A stretch of DNA of 64,000 bases, from assembly GCA_937625935.1 (NCBI GenBank), contig OW569361.1:186001-250000 (forward strand), read 5' to 3'. Every line of letters starts with the position of its first letter. The first letter of the stretch is position 1. Below, piece by piece: positions 1 to 11,701 of this stretch. Under the pieces are notes generated by a model. The model worked only from the letters and a program-made list of their open reading frames with translations. It searched no databases and was not told where the DNA came from. The position numbers and the translations under genes were made by a program. Source of the DNA: Tetramitus jugosus. Lineage: Eukaryota; Protista; Heterolobosea.

Positions 1-3000
1 CGACAATGTACTGGTTGAACAACTCTTGTGAAAAGTTGGCAAATCCATCCAAACCAAGCACAATCACAGGTATCAGAGCATCTGTTTCCTTTGGATTAAT
101 AAAGCTGCCAAAGTGTGGCTCCTTTTCATCCTCTGTCAGGTTGCAAACACCAACTTGATAGAGAAATCTGCGAAGGATTTGATTCAACAGAGGCAATAGC
201 AGTGTGTGCGCCAGTTGTACTCTATCTTGATACTCTTCTCTCTGGTCTGCGATCATTCTGAATAGAGTGTTGAAGTACAGTGTAAGAGCCTTGATCTCCT
301 GGGTAATGAACTCTGTTAGAGGAACAGATACAGATACATGGGCCTTGAGGAATGTGGAGAACACTTGCGACGTATTCAAGTTACGTGCTGACTCGTACGA
401 GGTGAACAATGACAGCAAAAACTTTTTTGCATGCCTAGTTTCCATGTTTGTGTAGTGGGCAGCTAAAATATCATTACATGTATCAAGAAGCAATATTTGA
501 GCTCGGCATTGAATGGTAATGCATGTCAAAAAGTTTGCATCTTGATAGGTTGAGGTTGACACTGAGGATGATTGGAAAAAGTTAGATGCAGCATCCATGA
601 TAATAGTCGATTGACCGATGTAATCACAAATCAAATCCCAATGCTCACTTGTGAATCTATTTCCAGTGTTTGTGACCAATTGGTGAATACAACCATTACC
701 AATCTGACATAAAATATCAGTAGGCTTTTCTCTCTTAAAGCAAGCACAGATGATTTGCATCACATCTTTCAGCATAAATGAAATAGTATCAAAGTATTCT
801 ACAAACAAGTCGACGAGACAAAACATTGCCTTGTGACAAGTAGTTCTAATCCATTCGCTATCTGCGAACGTTTTTTCCTGTGCTCCCGCGAATTGCATTG
901 ATAATCGGGCTGTTGTTGGTGACGAGGGTACCTTTTCTTGAGAAGATGGAGAAGTGATTTCAGTAAATATTGGGAACAACACATCATTGAAGATCATGCT
1001 CCAGAAACCACTTGAAAACAATTTTCCAGTCTCCTTCAAAAGTTTAAATAGCGTTTCAATTGATCGAATTCTCATTTCGATACGAGACTCACTGGCACTA
1101 CTGCTTAATTGCAACAGAATTGGTCTCCAAATCTGAGCATGGATCTCAATCTTCTCACTGAATCGTACTTTCTCTGGTTCATCTTCGATAGGTTCAAGTG
1201 GAATAACTTTGGAGGACACAATTTGCTTAGCGCAACAATCAGTCAGCAGCTCGATTGAGCGCAATGCGATCTGTGGTAGCAGCTGTTGCTTTGCAAATGC
1301 GCACAAACATGAAACGCAAGATACAAACGCGTGATTCTTGCAAACAAAGCTAAAGCAAGGCTCCTTCAAAATATTGACGGTAAATTCAAAACCGAGCTGA
1401 ATGATATGGGCCGACTCTGTATACTTCTTTCGAGGCTGGCTCTTTTGAGCAATATTTGGAATGATTCTGTTTGCCCATGAGAGAGTGTGCAAGATCAGAT
1501 GCCATCCACATTCGATGTTTCTGAAGAACTTCATTGCCAAATTACCAATACATTCGATAATTAATTCTCGAATAAGATTGTTATCGCTTTGTTGGATGAT
1601 CTCGTGGAATGGTTTCAAATAGTTTTCTTGGAACCTTTCATCTTGAGCCAACGAATCACATTCGAGTATGTTTGCTGCTAATTGACGTAGTGAGTCAATC
1701 ACATCCATACTCTTTCCAGTGTTTTCACCAGTACCAAACTTCATGTAATGAGCAAACAAGCAGCTCTTCCACAATGGAGGCCAAACGGCTCTAAATCGTG
1801 CATAGCGGTCCTTTGGTACTAAATTGAGAGAAACTGTTTCAACCAGACGTCCTAAGCTGTACTTTCTTGATTCCTCTTCACTCAACTCTCTATCTGATAT
1901 CTTGCAAATCGCTTCTGCGAAATACAAAAAGGCATCGTGGCTCAGTTTAACAGAGTTGGAGAAGACAGCGTCAATCATTGGCGTTTTCACATTCTTTCGG
2001 ATGACGGCACTCAGTTGCTGATACATGTTCAAAGAATCAATAGATGCGGAGCGTCTATGTTGTTTCTTGTCATCTTGCATAGGTTCAGAGCTGGCAAAGA
2101 TTCGCAATCTTTCCAATTCTGATATACATTGGAGAATGTGCTGCCATGATTGCTTGAGATAATCACCTTCCTGCTCTGCGATCTGGAGCAACAACTTTAG
2201 GCAATCCATGTTCTTTTGAGTCAATATTTGTGGCGGTGGTAGTGTTGGATTAAACTGATCCACAGGATTGATGATATTTTTCTTACTCAACTTACTGAAC
2301 TCGGCCAAAGACAAAACAAATGCATCTCTTGAATTATCGAGTTCGAATCTAGCAGTGATATGGATACAGGAGTTAAAGATTAACAAACAAATCTCTATCG
2401 TTTGCTCATCGTCAAATCGCTTTAACAAATCGCAGACTACACCGTGGAAATGTTCCCATGTAATGTTCATCATTTCCTTCAAATGCAAGCAACTGTTAGC
2501 ATTCACTAACAAAGATTCTGCCTTTTTTGCATATTGAATGTTAGCTCGATTGAAGTTAAGCTTCTCTCTCTTATAAGTATTCTGGGTGTCGTAGTCATAA
2601 AGGATTTGCTTCTTCTTTGCAAGTGTCAAGGAGGAAGCAGGATACGCGGTCAGTGGATCTTGATAAATTTGATCATCACCCTCCATTTTGATTTCGTGTG
2701 CCTTGATATCGTGGTACACACCAGTGAGGATGTTTGCTGGAAAATCTCCACCTCCATTCGTCGATGCTAGGGAAGAAATAAACATTGGTTCACCCATTCT
2801 TTCTCTGAAAGCAAAAGCAGGATTGTGTAGCTCTACGTTTAACATGATAACAGCATATGCCAACAAGTAGACTGCATCTTCGTCAGCATAGATATGAGCT
2901 GTAGACTCAACTTCCTTGAAATAATATTTGGAAAAAGATTCCAAGCATCTTTCAACTACCTGACCTTCACCAGGAAGTCTAAAAGTGTTCAAGAAGTTTC

Positions 3001-5245
3001 TCATAGCAGGGACAAGAGCCATATCTTTGAAGGATTGAAGCTCCGTGTAGGCATCTCTGACCTTTGAATTGAAATCAAGCTGACTACCAATATACTCTCC
3101 AATCTTCTTCTTATTCAGTAAATTATGACGGTGCTCATACAACAAGCGTGCGACTGCTTTTGCAGCGACTGCTTCATTGTCCGCAATTGGGGGTAACTTG
3201 TTCTTTTCAATCAAAAATGCGATGCCATCCTTTGGCTTATTATTAAACTTCTGAGCAGCTTCTGCGAAAATCAGCTTCTCGGTTCGTTGATCAGCGACAT
3301 ACTGTTCGTACTCCACAATTTTATGTTCGTCCATGAACTTGACAAGCGATTGTAGAATGGATCCTATGACTTGAAGACATTGGAGTCTAATCTTTTGCTC
3401 TTGAGATTGAGAAATCCAACCCAATTCTGATTTAATATTCTTGCAGAGATCGCATAATGTCTTAATTGTAGCCTCAAACACATTTCCAAAGCCTAACACG
3501 CAATCATAATTGGTGAACAAGTCAACCAGCAGTTGACCATCCTTGGCTATACAATTTTGGAGTGTGGTCAGAACGATTAACTTTTGCTCTGCTGAAGAGT
3601 GTTCACATGAAACACATCTCAACAAGAAAGAGAGGAATAGTGGAGGCAACTCTGAACGCAAATGAGGCACAAATCCTTGTCTAAACAGAACCTCAAGGAT
3701 TCGAATAGAGAGTTCAAACAATGCAATCTGACCCGCTACAGAATTCTTGATCAAACTTAGACCAAGAATATATTTGATATCCCTAATAAATAAGTTTTCT
3801 TTTCCATGGCCACTCGCCAAAATTGCATCGGAATACTTTCTCAGTATATCTAAAATAAATTCTAAACTGATGTGGAGAGCGTTCAGGGTTGTTGGGTTTC
3901 GCGCATCTAATTTTCTCTTCAAAGACAGCTTTAATAGCTGTCTCAATAAATAAAACGCGTCCTTTTCATATATATTCTGGAAGTGATAACTCTGATTGAT
4001 TACTGGTTTCTTTGCTTGTTTCGAATCTGTAGGGGATGATAGAGTAGATGCGTCTCCATTTGGATTAGAATCAGCAGACTCAGACTCAGCCACATCTTGA
4101 GCGACTCTATCAAACAACTCTGTAACAAAATCGTGAACAATTTTCTCTGTTTCGGTCATTTCGGACACGTCCTTCTCTTCTACCAATTGTTGCTCCTCTT
4201 GTCTAATCTGAAGGATCATGTCTTGATCATCTTCATCCTCATCGCCATCAGTTGCAACAGAAGATGGATCATACTCACTCTGATGATCAACCATTCGATG
4301 GAACACTGAGTTTACCATTTGGGAAAGACTGGCCTTTGCAGTCTCGAGCACAACAGTGTCTCTATTCACTAAATAAATATTTAAACAAGTAGTAATGGCT
4401 CTTCTCAAGCTCTTACCATGCATTCCACAGGATGTGATTCCTGTGAGCATAGATTTTACAATCATCAACTGGACAGCACTCGATTTTTTGGAGAGATTTG
4501 TGGCAGAGAAACAATCACAAACAGCCTTCACAACAGCATCAATCAACATAATCTTACTTGGTGTTGTTGCTTTTGTGTTTACGTATTGAATGTTGATTGT
4601 TCCTTCATATAGAATACCCAATTCAATGTATCCATACAAGAACAGTTTCTAATCAAACACAAATAACAACACAAAAATCGACAAAAAAATCAACAAAAAT
4701 GACAAGTGTCATTCACATGATCCATAACAAACTGAAAAAACAGCAATTACGACTATACTACTTACTTGTACACAATCTACGACGTGTTCTTGCATGCCAT
4801 GAATCGTAACCAACAATAATTGTTGTTGAGAATGAGAAGCACCAGTCGTCAAATCATCATGCAATGCATGATGCAGCGGATCAAAATAATAATTGATTCG
4901 TTCTTTCATGTCCTTTTCAATTTTTTCGGCTTTTTTCTCCTTTGTTGTTTCACTGTCTGATATTCGCTTCATGTGACTCAACACCTCATCACAAATTCTC
5001 TTTAGTCTCTCAATATCACTCTCTGTTTGCTGTTGTGATTGTTGTGATGATTGATTATTGCTAGCTGTAGAGAGTCTTGGTGTGCTTGCAGTGGAGGAGA
5101 CATGGGATTGAATCTTGGAGATTGTTTGTTTGATTTGACTGATTGTTTGTTCATAGAAGAGAGACATGCCGTCATGAGTCAAAAACTCTTGTTGTGGTTG
5201 CGGCTTTGGTCGTCCACCAAGCTTAAAAATATTAAACATGCTCAT
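1..5245 (-). CDS. Large Sec7-domain ARF guanine-nucleotide exchange factor (BIG/Sec7 type); 3' end runs off the window; intron 4649-4765
   Basis: Manual minus-strand translation near 2830-3110 gives KKIGEYIG...AMRNFLNTFRLPGEGQVVERCLESFS...DAVYLLAYAVIMLNVELHNP, a Sec7 domain with the catalytic FRLPGE motif. Exon 1 is ORF 4709-5245; GTAAGT donor at 4765 and TAG acceptor at 4649 join DCVQ to KLFLYGYI, resembling the BIG DCB region. The main exon is probably missing from the ORF track because it has no stop inside the window. Confidence 0.93.
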
Positions 5246-5695
5246 TCAATCAAAAAACACAAATGTTGTTATTGTATGTGTGTAGTGGGTGGGTAGGTTG
5301 GGGTGTGATGGATAAAAAGGAAAAAACTCAATTGTGGTGTGTGGGCTGAACAATGATGGCCCTGTTTGTTGTTGTTGATGATTGTAGTTTTTGATACTCT
5401 CTGTGTTTGGTTGATGTTCCTCTTTACAAAACAAAAAAAAAGACGGGATATTTTCAACGGAACAACAGAAAGTATCTCCCGACTCGGAAAAATAGATGTG
5501 GTCTCGCCGTCAGTGACACTCTCGAACAACCTCAGTTCATTGAACACGTGTGAGAAAATGACCAATTAGATCTTGGGGTAGCTCTCCAACGGAATCATGA
5601 TTGCAGTTGGAGATTATAGTTCTTCTGTTCTTCCCGTTCGAAAGGGTTGTAATAACTCCGTTCTGTGTTTCGCATACCGAAAAAAAAACCAGTCA

Positions 5696-6619
5696 ATGTC
5701 CTCACTCACCAAGATCTTTGTTAGTGCCTGTGTGTTCTTGGCCTTCATTCTGTCTTCTGTAACAGTCGCAAGAAGTATCCAAAGAACAGCACCAAACTCG
5801 AAGCAAACCATGGTTTGGTTGTGCTTGGAAAGATGTGGAGAGACATCGGCTGATATCCACAAAAACCTGGATGTGATCCGTGCTGTTGCTCCTCGTGCCT
5901 TGACTGCTGTGTCCTTTGAAATGTTCGATCTCAAGGAAAGTAGCAACATTGTTCAAAATCCAAGATTCACTGATGTGTACTCCCAACTAAGGACCATGAA
6001 AGGAGCGTTCGACAAACAGTTGAGACTGTTGCCAATGATCACAACAGTTCAAATTGATTACATGAGAACAGTTTGGCAAAACCCTGAGCCTTTCATTCGT
6101 CAGTGCATTGATATTGCCAAATCCAATCAATTCACAGGTTACAATATTGATTGGGAACCTGAGAAGGGTGTGCTTGCGAGTGATGCTCCAAAGTATGTTG
6201 ATTTCTTGGGTAAGGTCGTGACAGCCTTTGACCAGCATGGACTTGAATTGAATGTTGATGTTGCCTCATGGACAGTTTTGTACAATTTTACAGGTATCTC
6301 ACAGGCAATGTCTGTTGGTCCTGTAGAGAATCGAATGATCACAATGGATACTTATGCTGGATCCCAGTCAGGATGGGAGAAGGCATTCAATAAAGCGATT
6401 ACAAGCGTGACCAGCGTCGAGAGACTGGGTATTGGTCTCGATACAGTCAATCCTAACAATGGACTTCCATTGACCAAGGAGGATCTGGCTTGGAGGTTTG
6501 GCTACATTCAAGACCACAAGATCCAAGAGGTGGATTTCTGGATGATGAACTCGACTATCATGGGTCAAAGTTCCTACTTTTGGGATGTCATGGAGCAATA
6601 CTTGGACACAAACAATTGA
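5696..6619 (+). CDS. Secreted glycoside hydrolase family 18-like (chitinase/chitobiase-like) protein
   Basis: Signal-peptide-like N-terminus from ATG 5696 (MSSLTKIFVSACVFLAFILSSVTVA); GH18-type motif FTGYNIDWE with the catalytic D-x-E retained; MITMDTY strand motif. Confidence 0.75.
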   Translation: MSSLTKIFVSACVFLAFILSSVTVARSIQRTAPNSKQTMVWLCLERCGETSADIHKNLDVIRAVAPRALTAVSFEMFDLKESSNIVQNPRFTDVYSQLRTMKGAFDKQLRLLPMITTVQIDYMRTVWQNPEPFIRQCIDIAKSNQFTGYNIDWEPEKGVLASDAPKYVDFLGKVVTAFDQHGLELNVDVASWTVLYNFTGISQAMSVGPVENRMITMDTYAGSQSGWEKAFNKAITSVTSVERLGIGLDTVNPNNGLPLTKEDLAWRFGYIQDHKIQEVDFWMMNSTIMGQSSYFWDVMEQYLDTNN

Positions 6620-6853
6620 TTGGTCTTAATGGTAAACTTACTGTAAATCCGACTGCTCAACTTATTCCTGAAAAAACATGTCAACTATTTTTACTACCTC
6701 TTGTGACTTCACTGGAACAGCCATCAAGAAAAGTAGATCCGAGGAAAAACAAGAGATACAAATACAAAAACCATTCAACTTACATACCAACCCCCGAACA
6801 AACACATCCGATCGATTCGTTGCTTAGTTGTCACGAAGAAGAAATTCGAAAAT

Positions 6854-7078
6854 ATGAACATTACGAGAAATCAAAATGGACACGATCTCACGTCAGTCGA
6901 AGCTGCCTCACCTGAATTGTCATCAACACCTCAGAATATTACGATACAGCCATCGGGTATAGTAACAAGAGGCAATACCTCTCGCGGCTATATGGAGATG
7001 GAATGGTGTGGCGACTTTTTGGTGTCAGTGATGGAACACTCTGCAACAACAACATCCACAACGACAGAAGAATTGTAG
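6854..7078 (+). CDS. Possible small hypothetical protein (74 aa)
   Basis: ATG in an A-rich context and AATAAA about 15 nt after the stop; no recognisable motif. Confidence 0.25.
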   Translation: MNITRNQNGHDLTSVEAASPELSSTPQNITIQPSGIVTRGNTSRGYMEMEWCGDFLVSVMEHSATTTSTTTEEL

Positions 7079-7551
7079 TAATACTAATACTAATAAATAT
7101 CTAAAATTGAATCAATGAACTTCGTCTATTACGTATTGCACAACCTGTAATTTTCTATGTAGCCCGTTTCCCCATCCCCTTCAGGAGGAACTCCTATCTG
7201 AGCCAAAAAATAGCTAAATCCCACGCTACCACAAATACTAGTTGCGAGTGAGGGAAATTCAACAACCTGGAAGAACAATCGACTCTACCCACGAGTGCCT
7301 CCCAACCACCTGACCAGGCCCTTTCATCGCGAAACTTGCATTCAGCAGATCGCTCAATCAAGTCGCTGATAGATCTCTTAATCAAGATGATTGGATCTTC
7401 ACTACTCTGATGTGGCTCTCTAATGTACCGAACAGTTCAGACGGTAGTAATCCAGTCAACAATCGATCGCAATAAATTTGATCTTCAGTGGAAATTCTTT
7501 CTAGAGGGCTGTAAATTGAAGATAACGGTCCGGGGAACCGAAATTCCGCCA

Positions 7552-7569
7552 GTTGGTTTGAGGGAGTCT
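7552..7569 (+). promoter_or_regulatory. Conserved upstream motif of repeat unit 1 (GTTGGTTTGAGGGAGTCT)
   Basis: 16/18 identical to 9774-9791; lies 162 nt upstream of ATG 7714 versus 164 nt for the paralog; both are preceded by TGTAAAT about 40 nt upstream. Confidence 0.5.
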
Positions 7570-7713
7570 TCTGAAGGAAAGTCCGACCGATCACGTCACC
7601 TCTGCAGTGTTTTTGTTGGGAGCAAACCACCAACAACCAGAAACAAACACAATCTCTTCAATTTACACCCTTTACGTAAACTGCTTGCTGTACCTGCACT
7701 CTCTTCTATAAAC

Positions 7714-9063
7714 ATGAATTCTCCTGCTCTCTCTGTTCATCCTTTTCTCCCACGACAAATTTCAAGTGTCAATCCCTGGGAAGTCATCTCCATGACGGTG
7801 GCCCAACAAAACCAAAGCTCTCGTCTGCCATTTTACTGGTATCTGAAAGATTTTGGCCAAGAGTGGATTGACAATTCTTTGAAAACACCTATCCCAAGAA
7901 ATATGATCGTCATGAATGCATTGCTTTGGAATGGTTTGCCATTATTGATTGAATTTAAGTTTGGGACACAAACCAACACGATTATTCCACTCTTCTGCAA
8001 TGCTTTTGAAGCTAAACCAGGCCGAAAATCCAAGAGAAACCTAAAGGGTGCTGTCAAGGAAAATACTTTGGGAGAACAGTTAAGCCAATCCAATGGGTCC
8101 AAATCCAAATCCAAACCTTGCACCACCATGTTTGTCCGGTTGAACCCAGAAGTGTCACACGAAGATGTGACATTTTTCATCGACATGCACAAAGGGCAGT
8201 TCACATGGAAACAAATGTCAGGTTGTCGTTTACAACCACACAAGAATGGATTCAAGGTTATTCCCACTCAATCTCTTTCCTCAGGTGCCGAGCTTCCCCT
8301 ATTGAGATTAAGGATGATGTATGGCGGCCAAATGTACATCATTTATCACTTTGGCTTTGCAAACGGAGGTTCTGGAGGAAGATCAAGGAAGTATCTTGAG
8401 AAAACCGCATTACCTATATGTACGACTGTGTCTCTGTTCACAACTGTGGATGATGTATTCGATCATTTGTTAGCAGGAGGATCACTCATCCCACAAGTGC
8501 TCGAACAACCACAGCAAGAAAACAACCATTTGCAGGTATCTGAAACTGCATGCCAATCAGATGTCATGAGAGTACTTGCCAATGAATCTTTGGATCAAAA
8601 ACAGGAAGAGGGTTTGGTTTCCAATGAGGCTGGAATCATTCAACCCATGCCGCACGAGCCAGAGACTTCCAATGTTGAGTCTTTGAGGGATCAAAATGAT
8701 CAGGGCGCAGTCTATGTTGATGACTGCAGTGAGTATTTGAATTTTCCCAGTTGTGATATCAGTTTGATCTCCAACTACGGTCAGAACAGTTTCTCCTCTT
8801 TGGATGAGATTGGAGAGGAAAATGAGGATGAAGACAGTGTAGAACCTGCCTCTAAACGTCGAAAACTGGACACCCATGTGTTTTCTAGCAGCAATAGCAC
8901 CACTTCTTGTCTGATGAATGACATTGCAAACAACGGCAATTCTCCAGTCGCTCCAAATGCGACGTATTTGATAGGTCATCAATCAATTCATAGTAATTCC
9001 ACTGAGGTATCCTCAGTGGAGTTATCTATGAGTGACATGATATATCAAGTAATCAGACAATAA
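7714..9063 (+). CDS. Uncharacterised protein, family copy 1: conserved beta-rich N-terminal domain, acidic tail, NLS-like PASKRRKLD
   Basis: Part of ORF 7423-9063; ATG 7714 chosen because homology with the 9938 paralog starts there. Shared blocks FxFGTQxNTxxPLF, SGCRLQPHKNGF, PLLRLRM, FGFANGGxGGRS. Confidence 0.8.
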   Translation: MNSPALSVHPFLPRQISSVNPWEVISMTVAQQNQSSRLPFYWYLKDFGQEWIDNSLKTPIPRNMIVMNALLWNGLPLLIEFKFGTQTNTIIPLFCNAFEAKPGRKSKRNLKGAVKENTLGEQLSQSNGSKSKSKPCTTMFVRLNPEVSHEDVTFFIDMHKGQFTWKQMSGCRLQPHKNGFKVIPTQSLSSGAELPLLRLRMMYGGQMYIIYHFGFANGGSGGRSRKYLEKTALPICTTVSLFTTVDDVFDHLLAGGSLIPQVLEQPQQENNHLQVSETACQSDVMRVLANESLDQKQEEGLVSNEAGIIQPMPHEPETSNVESLRDQNDQGAVYVDDCSEYLNFPSCDISLISNYGQNSFSSLDEIGEENEDEDSVEPASKRRKLDTHVFSSSNSTTSCLMNDIANNGNSPVAPNATYLIGHQSIHSNSTEVSSVELSMSDMIYQVIRQ

Positions 9064-9077
9064 GGTGCTACTGCTGA

Positions 9078-9274
9078 TGGAAAATTCAATGAATGACTAC
9101 AATGGCCGTGATGAGCCGCTGGAATGAAACGACAAGGGCAGAGTCTAGTAGTTCCTTCTTCAAGTTATTTACGAGGGTAGTAAATAACTTGAAGAAGGAA
9201 CTACTAGACTCTGGACGTTTGACTTACATTCCAGCAGCTCATCACGGCCATTGTAGTCATCTTTGTATTTTCCA
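9078..9274. repeat. ~197-nt fold-back hairpin (candidate structured/small-RNA precursor), copy A
   Basis: 9139-9172 is the exact reverse complement of 9180-9213 (34 bp, 7-nt loop); 9093-9126 pairs with 9227-9260 (33/34); basal TGGAAAAT/ATTTTCCA. It starts 15 nt after the stop of the 7714-9063 gene. Confidence 0.92.
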
Positions 9275-9773
9275 AATGAGTCATCCTTTTATCCAAGATA
9301 TCGATACACCCCCATGTTCAATGATAAAACCCCTTTTGATCACTGTTTATTGCTCACAAGTGTCTCAACACAACTTTGGATGCGTACTATCTTGCTTTCG
9401 CAGCCCCGGCCATTTCACAAGGATCACAACAACAACAAAATGAGTAGAATGGGGGTTTTACTGAGATATTTCAGTCAAATTATACATGAATGACATGCAA
9501 TACCAAGTTTTCGGAAGATGCTATTATTGATAGAACATACAAGAATGGTTCTCAAGCCGCTAGTTTCTAGGATGGTATTCCAAGAACACCTTGAATCGTT
9601 CAAGCAGCCATCTTGTTAATGATCCGAGGTATCCATAGACTACCTTTCTAGACAAATGACGCATGAGTCATATGACATAATATGAAGCTCTATAAATGTT
9701 TTACTTTACACATCTACACTTGTGCGAGTTTTATTGTAAATCTCCCAACGCTTTTCCTTGCGAGAAGGATCAG

Positions 9774-9791
9774 GTTGGTTTGAAGGGGTCT
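9774..9791 (+). promoter_or_regulatory. Conserved upstream motif of repeat unit 2 (GTTGGTTTGAAGGGGTCT)
   Basis: Matches 7552-7569 at nearly the same distance from the start codon. Confidence 0.5.
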
Positions 9792-9937
9792 CGCCTGTTT
9801 GGCGGTCCTCCTTTTTCGCCCTTATTATCACAAAATAACCAAAAAAACGACCAAACATCACATCTGACAAGTAGCACCTGTACTACAACCACGACTGCTT
9901 TTTCTCGATCAATTCAACCACCCTATCATCATCGACA

Positions 9938-11355
9938 ATGATTTGTTCTGTGCCCCCTGTTAACCCTTTGCTCTTTCAAGTTGTTTTATTTGTTGTTAAA
10001 ACATGGGAAATAATTGCCATGAAAATGATGCAACAAAAGGACCAATTACCCCCGGCTCATACCTCGTACGACTCTTTCCTCATGAACAACCATGCAAAGC
10101 TCAAAAATTTTTTGCAAAACAAGCTTCCAAGGGACTTTATGTTCGAGAATCCACCTCTCTCGAATGATGATCCTTTCGGTCGTAAGGTCCTGGGCAAGTT
10201 TCGATTTGGGACGCAATGCAACACACCTGTACCCCTCTTTAACAAAAAAGGTACTCTGATCTTTGTTGAATTGAATGCACGACTTGAACAGGTGGCCATG
10301 TTCATTGACAAGCGTACACATGAGTTTCAATGGGAACAAGTGTCCGGTTGTCGTTTACAGCCACACAAGAATCACAAGAATGGGTTCAGGATTATCCCCA
10401 CTGAACCTATCTGCTCAGGTAGTACTCCATTTCCTCTGTTGAGATTAAGAATGGTGTATGACGAAGAACCATACATCATTTATTACTTTGGGTTCGCCAA
10501 TGGAGGTGCTGGAGGGAGATCTGACAAGTATATCGAGCAGACAATCTCAATATCTTTGCCTGTGCATCAGATACTCTCCTCAACTGTGGATCAGGTTTCT
10601 ACTATGCGTTAGGAGGCACACTCACAGTCCCTCCACAGGGACTTGACCAACAACTATCACAACCACTAAAACAACAGCATCAATGGGATCAGAGAAGTCA
10701 TGGAGTCAGAGCAACAAGAGACGACGATGCTTCTTATCCACTTGAAGATCAGCCGCCAACCAAGCGAGCAAGAACATTGGATCAACAACCACACAACGAC
10801 AACTTACCAAGCCCTGAAACAAACATTCCGTCGTCAGATGACATCAAAGAAAGGATTCAGCAAGTTGAGGACCCTTGGTATTACAATGATCAGGAGGAAA
10901 TCACTATTGACTATTTGATGCGCTCTGATGAGATTGATGAAATGCTGCAGCAAATGGACGAACCAGTTCAAGAAACTTCCGTGAATAATTCACTGAATGA
11001 TCAAAACGATCAGGAAGATACAACAGAATCAAATAGTTCTATTGAGACATCTTTGAATTCGCTCACTCCTGACTTTGTTTTGATTGACATGAATGTCGAT
11101 GAACAAGACAACAATCAATCACTTTTTGATGGCTTAGAAGAAGGAAACGAGGACAAAGAGAGAGCAGAGCCTGCCTCCAAACCTCGAAAAATGGACACCC
11201 ATGTTCTTTCTAGCAGCAAAAGCACCACTTCTCGTCTGATGAATGACATTGCAAACAACGGCAATTCTCCAGTCGCTCCAAATGCGACGTATTTGATAGG
11301 TCATCAATCAACTCAATGCAGTTCCACTGAGGTACCACCTCAGTTCAATTGTTGA
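9938..11355 (+). pseudogene. Family copy 2, split by a single 1-nt frameshift at about 10596-10598 (pseudogene or sequencing error)
   Basis: ORF 9938-10612 is homologous to the N-terminal domain of copy 1. Adding one T in GTTTC restores DQVFYYALGGTL (copy 1: DDVFDHLLAGGSL) and reads openly into ORF 10777-11355, whose end (PASKPRKMDTHVLSSSKSTTSRLMNDIANNGNSPVAPNATYLIGHQS) is nearly identical to copy 1. Confidence 0.75.
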
Positions 11356-11433
11356 TGAGCGACATGATATATCAAGTAACCAGACAATAAGTTGCATTGC
11401 TGATGGGAAATGCAATTGTACCTGCCACGGCCT

Positions 11434-11700
11434 CCACAACAGTAGATGAGATTTTCAATCATTATTAGGAGGCCCACTCATCACCACAGGAGCTTGAATA
11501 ACAACAGATGATGCTTCTACCCAGTTGAAGATCAACCGCCAACCAAGACATCGATGAACAAGATAACAACCAATAACTTTTTGATGGCTTAGAGAAAGGA
11601 AACGAGGACAAAGAGAGAGCAGAACCTGCCTCTAAACCTCGAAAACTGGACCAGCAATGGTGGCGCTTCCAATGTGACTAATTTGATAGATTTATCAAAT
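11434..11700 (+). pseudogene. Internally deleted relic (copy 3) of the 3' half of the same gene family
   Basis: Collinear fragments matching copies 1/2: ACAACAGTAGATGAGATTTTCAATCATT (TVDEIFNH), GATGATGCTTCT...GAAGATCAACCGCCAACCAAG, GATGAACAAGATAACAAC...GGAAACGAGGACAAAGAGAGAGCAGAACCTGCCTCTAAACCTCGAAAACTGGAC; contains stops and large gaps. Confidence 0.85.
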
Positions 11701-11701
11701 A

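Noticed and set aside
7160-7380. U1 snRNA-like segment on the minus strand (ATTTGTGGTAG resembles the U1 Sm site)
   Set aside because: No 5' ACTTACCTG splice-site-pairing sequence and no recognisable U1-70K or U1A loops at the expected spacing.
7423-7713. N-terminal 97-aa extension of ORF 7423-9063
   Set aside because: Homology with the paralog starts at ATG 7714, and the extension spans the shared upstream motif.
9093-9443. ORF 9093-9443 (and ORF 11674-11895) as proteins
   Set aside because: They run through the hairpins, have no protein motifs and do not share a conserved peptide.
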